From assembly GCA_037917675.1 (NCBI GenBank), contig JAVCBW010000016.1, forward strand, positions 986 through 64,985: a stretch of DNA of 64,000 bases, given 5' to 3'. Under the pieces are notes generated by a model, which saw nothing but the letters and a program-made list of their open reading frames with translations, had not been told where the DNA came from and ran no database searches. Each line of letters opens with the position of its first letter. Position 1 is the first letter of the stretch. This DNA comes from Thermoproteota archaeon (GTDB taxonomy: Archaea; Korarchaeota; Korarchaeia; B14-G2). The position numbers and the translations under genes were made by a program. Positions 57,045 through 64,000 of the stretch are shown piece by piece.

Positions 57045-57130
57045 GCCACCGTAGCTCAGCTGGTTAGAGCGCCCGGCTGTTAACCGGGCGGTCGCCGGTT
57101 CGAACTTCTACGGAAGTCCGGCCGGTGGCG
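57045..57130 (+). tRNA. tRNA-Asn (anticodon GTT) with a putative 12-nt intron in the T-loop.
   Basis: GCCACCG acceptor with D-arm GCTC/GAGC. Anticodon stem CCCGG/CCGGG with loop CTGTTAA. T-stem GCCGG/CCGGC. The T-loop TTCGAA is interrupted by the palindromic CTTCTACGGAAG before the final T. 3' strand CGGTGGC, then discriminator G, then CC. Confidence 0.65.
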
Positions 57131-57179
57131 CCTACTCAACAACATTTTTAGGCCTACTTCAGTTCTCACTAGGGGTTCA

Positions 57180-58361
57180 GTGAGCACTAGAGTACATCTT
57201 GAAACACTCATGAAATACAGACTCTCTAGGAACCCATTCAGCAAGGAGGCAGAGAGAAGCCTAGCATCGCTCCGGCAGATACTTGTGAGAGAGAAAGCAG
57301 ATGACATGCTTGACCTGGCTGTCTCTGAAGCCCTGCTTGAAGAGGGGAGCTTGCTGATTACTATAGTTGGAGATAGAGGTTTGGGCAGGACCCTTCGCTT
57401 GAAGATAGCCAAGGAAAAGTTTGAGGAGAGAGGGAATGCTGGTATATACATCGCTATCAGACCAGATGAAAGAGAAGGATTCGTGTTTAGGATGGTAGAG
57501 CAGTCGCTTAACATGCATAAGGGGCTGAAGCAGTTTATCAGGAGGAGAGTACTGTCACTCCACCTGCTAAAAAGCAGATCTTTAAGTGAGCTGGGAACAC
57601 CAACTGAGACAGCTGAGCTGATCTTAGAAAGTATAAGATGCAATATACCAGCTTTCCTACTGATAGATGACTTCTATAACCTATTCTTTGAAACAAAGCT
57701 TTGGAGGACTTATGTGATGGAGATGCTAAGACATATAGTTTCATCAACTCCTGATGGAGTACTCACAGCAATTGTCGTGGGTAGAGAGGTACTTGATGAG
57801 ATCAAAGCTGAGCAGCCTGCATTTTATACTAGGATACATGAGAAAGTAGAGCTGACACCACTAGACCTTGAAAGAGCCATGAAGATGGTTGCAAAAAGGA
57901 TATCAGCGTTTAGACTAGAGGACACAGGAGACCCTCTTTACCCCTTTACTGAAAGATTCATCGAAGAGACACTAAAGCTTAGTAAGGGAAATCCAGAGGA
58001 GATGCTTAAGCTACTGAATGCTGGAATGCTACTGGCTTATAAGGCTGGCAAGCATAGAGTAGACAGTGAGATAGCAGATATCCTTGTAGATGCATCTGGC
58101 ATCCTAGAGGTAGCCGAGGAACTACCGGAGGAAACTAGGAGAGAAGTGAGGTATATATTGATGAATATACCAGATAGAGAGTTCCACATGACTACCATAG
58201 CTAGAGCACTTGAGGTACCTCCTTCAGTTGAATATGGGAGACTAGAGCTTCTTGTCGACTCTGGATTTCTAGCTAAGACAGGAGAGGATAGATATAGGCT
58301 TCATCCAAGGTATGCTGAGAGAGTAGACAGGGTTGCTCGGGCAATTCTAGGTATGAGGTGA
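57180..58361 (+). CDS. Orc1/Cdc6-like AAA+ and winged-helix protein with a degenerate Walker A, or another STAND-like archaeal ATPase paralog.
   Basis: 393 aa. LLITIVGDRGLGRT in place of GxxGxGKT (Lys replaced by Arg). DD(F) Walker B-like LLIDDF. C-terminal winged helix (TTIARALEVPPSVEYGRLELLVDSGFLAKTGEDRYRL). Confidence 0.5.
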   Translation: MSTRVHLETLMKYRLSRNPFSKEAERSLASLRQILVREKADDMLDLAVSEALLEEGSLLITIVGDRGLGRTLRLKIAKEKFEERGNAGIYIAIRPDEREGFVFRMVEQSLNMHKGLKQFIRRRVLSLHLLKSRSLSELGTPTETAELILESIRCNIPAFLLIDDFYNLFFETKLWRTYVMEMLRHIVSSTPDGVLTAIVVGREVLDEIKAEQPAFYTRIHEKVELTPLDLERAMKMVAKRISAFRLEDTGDPLYPFTERFIEETLKLSKGNPEEMLKLLNAGMLLAYKAGKHRVDSEIADILVDASGILEVAEELPEETRREVRYILMNIPDREFHMTTIARALEVPPSVEYGRLELLVDSGFLAKTGEDRYRLHPRYAERVDRVARAILGMR

Positions 58362-59062
58362 TTACCTTGGATATAAGTGACTTGATCGCTCAAGCTACTA
58401 GCGAGGGGAGAGAAGTACTCAATGAATATGAATCAAAGATCTTGCTGAAAAGACATGGAGTACCTGTAACTGAGATAAGGTTCGCTAGAACTCTAGCTGA
58501 AGCTCTTAGAGCAGCTAGGGAGATAGGATATCCGGTTGTAATGAAGATCGTCTCTCCTGAGATAACTCATAAGACAGATGTAGGTGGTGTTGCTTTGAAC
58601 ATCGACAGTGATGAAAAGTTGGCAAGTGAGTACGAGCTGATGCTCAGGAGAATAAGAGAAGTGGCAGGGAATGTGACAATACTTGGTGTCACAGTCCAGG
58701 AGCAGGTGGATAGAGGAGTTGAGCTCATGATAGGAGCCATGAGAGACATGCAGTTTGGACCTGTTGTAGCACTTGGAATCGGAGGAGTATTTGTTGAAGT
58801 ATATGGAGATGTAGCCTACAGGGTTGCTCCAGTAGACAGGCATGATGTGCTAGATATGCTAGATGAGCTGAAGGGAAGGAGGCTTCTAGATGGGTTCCGA
58901 GGGCTTCCTCCAGTAGATTTAGAATCTGTTGTTGGCATGGTAGTCAAGATATCAGACATCATCATGGAGCACGAAGAAATAGCTGAGATGGACCTGAACC
59001 CAGTGGTATTTAAGGGACGAGATGGCAAGGTTGTGGATGCGAGGGTGAGGATAGTTGCCTAA
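58358..59062 (+). CDS. ATP-grasp domain protein resembling the beta subunit of ADP-forming acetyl-CoA synthetase (AcdB).
   Basis: 234 aa. EYESKILLKRHGVPV ... GYPVVMKIVSPEITHKTDVGGVALN is the ATP-grasp signature of NDP-forming acyl-CoA synthetase beta subunits. No alpha subunit gene is adjacent. Confidence 0.65.
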   Translation: MITLDISDLIAQATSEGREVLNEYESKILLKRHGVPVTEIRFARTLAEALRAAREIGYPVVMKIVSPEITHKTDVGGVALNIDSDEKLASEYELMLRRIREVAGNVTILGVTVQEQVDRGVELMIGAMRDMQFGPVVALGIGGVFVEVYGDVAYRVAPVDRHDVLDMLDELKGRRLLDGFRGLPPVDLESVVGMVVKISDIIMEHEEIAEMDLNPVVFKGRDGKVVDARVRIVA

Positions 59063-59276
59063 AAGGGTAAGAGATCTATATGATAAGCAGGTGTACACTA
59101 CAGGAGGGAAGCTTCTAGGAACAGCTATAGACTTCATAGTAGACACTGATGAAAGAAGACTTGTTGAAATAGAAGTGCAGCCAGAATATGAGGACGAGAC
59201 GTTTAAAGTCTCCTTCTCTAGTGTGATTGGATGTGAAGATGCTTTCATAGTTAAGAGTGAAGAGGAGCTAGTTTGA
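59055..59276 (+). CDS. Small PRC-barrel-like protein.
   Basis: 73 aa. YDKQVYTTGGKLLGTAIDFIVDTDERRLVEIEV resembles PRC-barrel domains. Overlaps the preceding gene by 8 nt. Confidence 0.45.
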   Translation: MPKRVRDLYDKQVYTTGGKLLGTAIDFIVDTDERRLVEIEVQPEYEDETFKVSFSSVIGCEDAFIVKSEEELV

Positions 59277-60360
59277 TTAGTAAATCAGCTAGAGCATAGA
59301 GCGCCCTATAGAGATCTTGTGAATCTAAAACCTCACCTTCTCTTTGCTGAAGAGAGGAGATGGATAGGAGGTATACTATGGAAGCTAATCTTCCTATAGA
59401 GGTGGGATGCTTGAGTACAAGAGACCTGCCAAGCCTCTCATGTAAGGATCTAACGTATATGTTCTTAAGCCTCATGAAGCCTGCTATATACTGCTGAGAA
59501 GCCTCTATAGGCTTTGGGGGCGAGGAAAGCTGGGCAGCTAGCTGCGACAAGATGCTCTCAAGTAGATCAGGCTTTCCTGAAACCTTCATTAAGCAATATA
59601 GGAGCTTAGCAGCCTCGTCTCTTGGCCTAGCACCTATACCAGCTTGCTTAGGTGGAGGAATTTCTGGAAGCATGTTTTTAAGCTCGGCTGCATCTTCTGG
59701 GCCTGCTTCCATCATAGATGCTGTTACCAAGAGCTGAGATCTTGTTATAGCATTAAGGGAATAGAGGAGCCTCACTTCATCTTCAGAAACAGATGGAACC
59801 TTCTCAAGTATACTGAGAGCATTCAGTAATGTAGCTTTACCTATCTCCTTAGATTCATTTATCAGCAGAGATATAAATGTTAGGAGTGAATGAAATCGGG
59901 ATGCAAGTAGCATAGGGTTTAAACTGGGGGAAGCGCTTCTGACTTCAGCTGAAATAGCTTCAACTATATCAGCTTGCAGCTGAACAGCTTCACGTGAGTA
60001 TCTAACTCCATAGGAGCTTCTTAATATACGAGAAAAGTCACAGATTGGATATACCAATGAGATTCTTAGGCCAGCTTCAGGCAACTTAAGCAGCTCTCTT
60101 ATGGGTAAAGTGGATAAGAAGGCAAGCATCGTTTCAGCAGCCAATAGCTCACGATAGGAAACTTTCTTTGCAGAGAGCTTGCCAGCTATCAGTTGAGACG
60201 TGAAGATTAAAGCTTGAGCTGCCCTAGCTGGTGTAAGAAGCGGCTTACGTGATGGGTTAACTGAACTTATCTGAGATCTGACTATCTTCAATGCAGAGAG
60301 TATAGCTTTTTCATCTACTTTGACAGGGGATACTAGCCTGATAACGTCTGTTACTGGCAT
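59251..60360 (-). CDS. Hypothetical all-helical protein.
   Basis: 369 aa. Leu/Ala/Ser-rich with predicted helical repeats. No catalytic motif recognised. Confidence 0.45.
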   Translation of the reverse strand: MPVTDVIRLVSPVKVDEKAILSALKIVRSQISSVNPSRKPLLTPARAAQALIFTSQLIAGKLSAKKVSYRELLAAETMLAFLSTLPIRELLKLPEAGLRISLVYPICDFSRILRSSYGVRYSREAVQLQADIVEAISAEVRSASPSLNPMLLASRFHSLLTFISLLINESKEIGKATLLNALSILEKVPSVSEDEVRLLYSLNAITRSQLLVTASMMEAGPEDAAELKNMLPEIPPPKQAGIGARPRDEAAKLLYCLMKVSGKPDLLESILSQLAAQLSSPPKPIEASQQYIAGFMRLKNIYVRSLHERLGRSLVLKHPTSIGRLASIVYLLSISSLQQREGEVLDSQDLYRALYALADLLIKLAPLHS

Positions 60361-60398
60361 TGAAGCTATAGCTGCTAGGGACAGCTTTAAAACTACCG

Positions 60399-61316
60399 TT
60401 GACTAGGGAGATGATCCAGATGAGCAAAGTCGACAAGAGCCTAGAGCACGTAGAGAAGCTAATAGAAGAGAGGAGAGCTCTGACAAAGGAGATGGAGAAG
60501 GTAAGAAGTAAGAGAGACCACCTTAACATGAGAGTGAAGGAGAAAGCTGAGAGGAGAAGGCAGCTGATAGATGAGCTACGGAAGCTTGATGAAGAGCTCA
60601 AGCAGTTGATAAGCAAGAGGCAGGAGCTTAGCAGAGAGATAGAAGAGCTCAACAGAAAGAAGGAGGAGGCATTTAGCAGATATAGAGAGGAGATAGAGGA
60701 GGCTAGGAGGCTAAAGCAGCAGTACAATGAGGTGATAAATGAGATAAACGGCAATCCATCGCAAATACGCTTTAAAATACGGGAGCTTGAGAGGGACATC
60801 AATGAGGGAAGGGTTCCACTGGAACGTGAACATGAAGTTGTTATGAGAATATCGAGGCTTGAGCAAGAATACAAGAAGTATGAGAAGGCCTTAGAGATAA
60901 AGAGGGTAGCAGAGCTGAAGTACATTGAGGCTTCGAAGTGGAAAACCCTAGCGCTAACGCTAAAGGAGAACATCGCCAAGCTTAAGGAGAAGAGAGCTGC
61001 TATAGGCGAGGAAATAGGGAGGATAGCTAGAGAGAAGGATAAGAAGAGGGAGGAAATCGAGAGAGTAAGCAGGGAAATAAGTGGCATAAAGGAGGAGAGT
61101 GACAGATACCATCAGGCATACTTGGAGTATAGAAGAAAGATCAGAGAGATCACATCTAGAATAAGAGGTATTGTAGAGGGAGTGGAGAGAGAAAGAGAAG
61201 AAGAGGAGAAAAAGATAAGTAGGAAGTTAGTAGATGAGATAATGGAGAAGGTGAAAAGAAGGGAGAAGCTTGAATACTGGGAGTTCTGCTTACTCGTTAG
61301 GGAGGGGAGGATCTAG
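60399..61316 (+). CDS. Coiled-coil protein.
   Basis: 305 aa, almost entirely heptad-repeat E/K/R-rich sequence (e.g. KLIEERRALTKEMEKVRSKRDHL...). Stop overlaps the next gene's start. Confidence 0.5.
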   Translation: MTREMIQMSKVDKSLEHVEKLIEERRALTKEMEKVRSKRDHLNMRVKEKAERRRQLIDELRKLDEELKQLISKRQELSREIEELNRKKEEAFSRYREEIEEARRLKQQYNEVINEINGNPSQIRFKIRELERDINEGRVPLEREHEVVMRISRLEQEYKKYEKALEIKRVAELKYIEASKWKTLALTLKENIAKLKEKRAAIGEEIGRIAREKDKKREEIERVSREISGIKEESDRYHQAYLEYRRKIREITSRIRGIVEGVEREREEEEKKISRKLVDEIMEKVKRREKLEYWEFCLLVREGRI

Positions 61317-61319
61317 CAG

Positions 61320-62414
61320 ATGGAGAGTAAAAGGAGAGTGCTAGTCCTGTGTGTAGATAGAGATGATGATCTAGGGAGGAAGACAGGGATCAAAGGGCCT
61401 GTAATAGGGAGAGATGAGAACCTTAAGGCTGCTAATAAGCTTATACTTGAAGATCCAGAGGAGTCCGATGCTAATGCCATTTTTGCAGCGGTCAAGACAT
61501 ATGATGAGATAGCTAGAAGGTATGGAGAAGACTCTGTTGAGATAGCTACCCTGACAGGACATTATAGGCGGGGCCTCACAGCAGATGATGAGATAAGAAG
61601 GCAGATGAGAGAAGTGCTAGCGAGGTTCCCTGCTGAAGAAGCTGTTTTTGTCTCAGATGGAGCAGACGATGAGCATATACTACCTCTGCTAGCTGGTTAT
61701 GTAAAGACCTTCTCACTTAGGAGGATAATAGTCCAGCAGAGTAAGGAGCTTGAGACAACGTATGTCATCTTGAGGAGGTATTTCTCAGAGAAGCTACTTG
61801 GAAATAAGCTTTTCAGAGCAGTATTCATAGGAATTCCAGGGTTCCTACTACTCTTATATTCTGTACTATCTCTAGCTGGCTTACAGTCCTATTTAAAACT
61901 CGGGTTTGTAGGCTTCATGGGTGTCGTTCTCACCATCTTTGGATTCGGACTACAGCCTGTGTTGAAGAAGCTAAAGCGGGACATGGGAGGAAAACTGGGA
62001 GCTTTCACATTGACAATTGGAGGTGTGCTGCTTGCCATAAGCGTATACACGGGGTATGTGAGAGCGGCGAGCGCCCCACTCAACATCAGGTTTATCCAGC
62101 TTATCCTGGGTGTGCTCGAGAATACGCTTGGATACATACTGTTCTCAATGATAATAGGGCTATCAGGAGTAGCTGTAGGCAATCTCATTGAGGGGAAAAG
62201 GATGCGAGCAGAGAGCAATATTGCTGCAATGATCATGTTAGGCTTGATGTATCCTGTACTAAGAGCGATAATAGAGTTCATGAGGGGAGAGAAGTCGATA
62301 TACTACCTCTCCATCGTACTTGGCTCAGTTACCTTGGTAGCAGTATTCTCTTTCATTACTTTACATGCCATCCTGCTTAAGGCTATTAAGAGCAAAAATA
62401 GTGGAGGAGAATAG
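61320..62414 (+). CDS. DUF373-type archaeal membrane protein.
   Basis: 364 aa. N-terminal soluble domain beginning VLVLCVDRDDDLGRK, characteristic of DUF373, followed by 6 or more TM helices. Confidence 0.6.
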   Translation: MESKRRVLVLCVDRDDDLGRKTGIKGPVIGRDENLKAANKLILEDPEESDANAIFAAVKTYDEIARRYGEDSVEIATLTGHYRRGLTADDEIRRQMREVLARFPAEEAVFVSDGADDEHILPLLAGYVKTFSLRRIIVQQSKELETTYVILRRYFSEKLLGNKLFRAVFIGIPGFLLLLYSVLSLAGLQSYLKLGFVGFMGVVLTIFGFGLQPVLKKLKRDMGGKLGAFTLTIGGVLLAISVYTGYVRAASAPLNIRFIQLILGVLENTLGYILFSMIIGLSGVAVGNLIEGKRMRAESNIAAMIMLGLMYPVLRAIIEFMRGEKSIYYLSIVLGSVTLVAVFSFITLHAILLKAIKSKNSGGE

Positions 62415-62416
62415 GC

Positions 62417-62899
62417 TCAGACTGCTATCTCAGAGAGGTTTATGGTCTCATCAGCAGTCTTTCTGAGTGCAACAGAGAAACCTGGCTCCGACCCTATTAC
62501 AACAACATCTTTACCTCGCTCCTTTGCAAGCGCTAGAAGAGGAGCATAGCCTGCATCCCTTACAACAAACACGATAACATCTATCTGGTCGTTGCTTATG
62601 AGATCCATAGCTTCCATTGTCAAGGATACTTCTACCTTACCTGGAGTTACGATAGGTGTGAAGCCAGTATTTGACACGGCATCAATTAGCTTGTCTGAAG
62701 CATACTTGTTCAGGATAACTTTAGCAACCCGTATCCTCCCATAGTTGCTTGCTATCCTGAATATATCTGATAAATCGACTTGAGGAGAGAGGTCTTTCCT
62801 CAGGATATTAGGGCCATCCACTAGAACAGCTACCTCCTTCTCCTTCTTTCTCTTTGCTAGCCCCTTTATCCTCGCTGATAACTCTTTCACTGAGCTCAA
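62417..62899 (-). CDS. NYN/LabA-like PIN-fold domain protein (predicted RNase).
   Basis: 160 aa. VAVLVDGPNI ... DVIVFVVRDAGYAPLLALAKERGKDVVVIG matches the NYN/LabA family. Confidence 0.7.
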   Translation of the reverse strand: MSSVKELSARIKGLAKRKKEKEVAVLVDGPNILRKDLSPQVDLSDIFRIASNYGRIRVAKVILNKYASDKLIDAVSNTGFTPIVTPGKVEVSLTMEAMDLISNDQIDVIVFVVRDAGYAPLLALAKERGKDVVVIGSEPGFSVALRKTADETINLSEIAV

Positions 62900-62924
62900 G
62901 ATCTCAGCTCAGAAAATCAGATAT

Positions 62925-63959
62925 GTGGATCTTATAAAGATAAGCTCTCATGATATAAGGCTGAGAAGGGGGCTGACTTTGGCTAAAATTGTTAGGAGGA
63001 GGCTTCAGGTCGTGGGTAGGTCTACGCTGGCTGTTACTCTTCCATCTGAGTGGGTGAGGAGGCTAAGACTTGGAAAGGGAGAGGAAGTCGCATTAATAAT
63101 TCATGGAAACTCGCTTGCGGTCATGCCCTTAGAGAAAGGAGAAGAGGAAAAGACTGTAGAAGTACAGATAGATAGAGACCAAGTTATCCTTGAGAGACAG
63201 CTTCTCACACACTACCTCTCTGGATATACTACAATAGTCATAAAGTCTAGTAGACCTCTTACACTGGATGAGAAGCATAGTGTAGGGAGGCTTCTGAGCA
63301 GGCTTGCTGGACTTGAGATAGTGGAAGAGAAAGCTGACTTAATCGTGATAAGGGACATATCAGATCCGACAGTCCTTCCAGTGAAGCAGGTCATTAAGAA
63401 AATGCATGAGATAGCTCTATCAATGCAGTCAGATGCGATAGTTTCCCTGATTAATTGTAATAGGATGCTAGCTGAAGACGTCGTTTCGAGAGACGAGATA
63501 GTTGATAGACTGTACTTTCTAGTGGTTAAACAGCTGAGAGCAGCGTCAGCAGACCCTCTGCTTGCAGCCAAGCTTAACATCACTCCGCTGGAATGCCTGG
63601 ACTTAAGGACGGTAGCCAAGAGCATAGAGAACATGGGAGATTACGCAGAGGAGATAGGATCGCTGGCATTAGAGGAGTGCAGTAGAGAAGCTAGGGAGTT
63701 TTCAGACGAGCTCATGGAGCTGAGTAGCCGCATAAACGATATACATGCAAAAGCTATGGAATCCCTAATGAAGAGAGATGTAGTGCTGGCTGAAAGCGTC
63801 ATATCGATGGAAGCAGAGTTCAAGAAGAAGACAACAGAGCTTCTGGAGCTTACAGCCAAGAAATCGGATAGGGTGCTAGTCAAGATGCACAGGGTAATCG
63901 ATAACCTGAGGAGGATAGCAGAGTGTGGTAGAGACATAGCAGACATCGTGGTGCCATGA
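62925..63959 (+). CDS. PhoU-domain phosphate-uptake-regulator-like protein with an N-terminal AbrB/SpoVT-type DNA-binding domain.
   Basis: 344 aa. N-terminal swapped-hairpin motif (VGRSTLAVTLPSEWVRRLRLGKGEEV) followed by two PhoU-like helical repeats. Confidence 0.7.
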   Translation: MDLIKISSHDIRLRRGLTLAKIVRRRLQVVGRSTLAVTLPSEWVRRLRLGKGEEVALIIHGNSLAVMPLEKGEEEKTVEVQIDRDQVILERQLLTHYLSGYTTIVIKSSRPLTLDEKHSVGRLLSRLAGLEIVEEKADLIVIRDISDPTVLPVKQVIKKMHEIALSMQSDAIVSLINCNRMLAEDVVSRDEIVDRLYFLVVKQLRAASADPLLAAKLNITPLECLDLRTVAKSIENMGDYAEEIGSLALEECSREAREFSDELMELSSRINDIHAKAMESLMKRDVVLAESVISMEAEFKKKTTELLELTAKKSDRVLVKMHRVIDNLRRIAECGRDIADIVVP

Positions 63960-64000
63960 GCAGTACCGCTGTATTATGGCTAGCATCAGCTTTCTGCTTC

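Noticed and set aside
57131-57180. Replication origin next to the Orc1/Cdc6-like gene
   Set aside because: The upstream spacer is only about 50 bp and not AT-rich, and no ORB-like inverted repeats are visible. The Orc1-like call itself rests on a degenerate P-loop.
1-64000. CRISPR arrays or other regular direct-repeat arrays
   Set aside because: No series of evenly spaced repeats of 24-40 nt was seen anywhere. The only repeats noted are short (8-10 nt) local duplications.

Overview
This 64 kb window is a gene-dense archaeal chromosomal segment of roughly 49-50% GC with almost no accessory character. It carries core information-processing operons: the ribosomal protein cluster L3-L4-L23-L2-S19, and EF-1alpha-S10 on the opposite strand. 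The transcription block is rpoH-rpoB-rpoA-L30e-NusA-S12-S7. Other core genes include a thermosome subunit, Nop5-fibrillarin, Elp3, an archaeal histone, an Sm protein, RNase HII, Trm1, Gar1-SRP19-S8e, GlyRS, the DNA polymerase D large subunit (DP2), CDC48, and the N-glycosylation genes AglB, a GT2 and a GT-C. Two complete tRNAs (Ser-TGA and Arg-TCG) are present, plus a tRNA-Asn(GTT) that seems to carry a short intron in its T-loop. The PolD gene, the histone, the Elf1 homolog, the unsplit rpoB and especially the single-ORF rpoA (A' and A'' fused, 1266 aa) point to a TACK-group archaeon. My best guess is a Korarchaeota-like lineage. I found no CRISPR array, no recognisable defense island and no intact mobile element. 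The most notable structural signals are these: (i) tRNA-Ser followed about 480 bp downstream by a direct copy of its own 3' half, with decayed gene fragments in between, which reads as an old tRNA-targeted integration scar at the point where the ribosomal protein operon breaks off after S19; (ii) a bacterial-type (class I) GAPDH whose stop abuts the start of an MTAP gene; (iii) an NDK-fold protein with a ~240 aa C-terminal extension; (iv) an Orc1/Cdc6-like AAA+/winged-helix protein with a K-to-R degenerate Walker A beside tRNA-Asn; (v) a ~740 bp stretch with no ORF and a ~320 bp AT-rich spacer that may hold ncRNAs; (vi) small real genes missed by the >=60 aa ORF track, namely Sec61beta and probably S30e. 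Several clusters of uncharacterised membrane, secreted and helical proteins are flagged as the most likely places for undescribed functions. Nothing here clearly amounts to a novel system. All functional calls come from recognising motifs in the translated ORFs; none were checked by database search.
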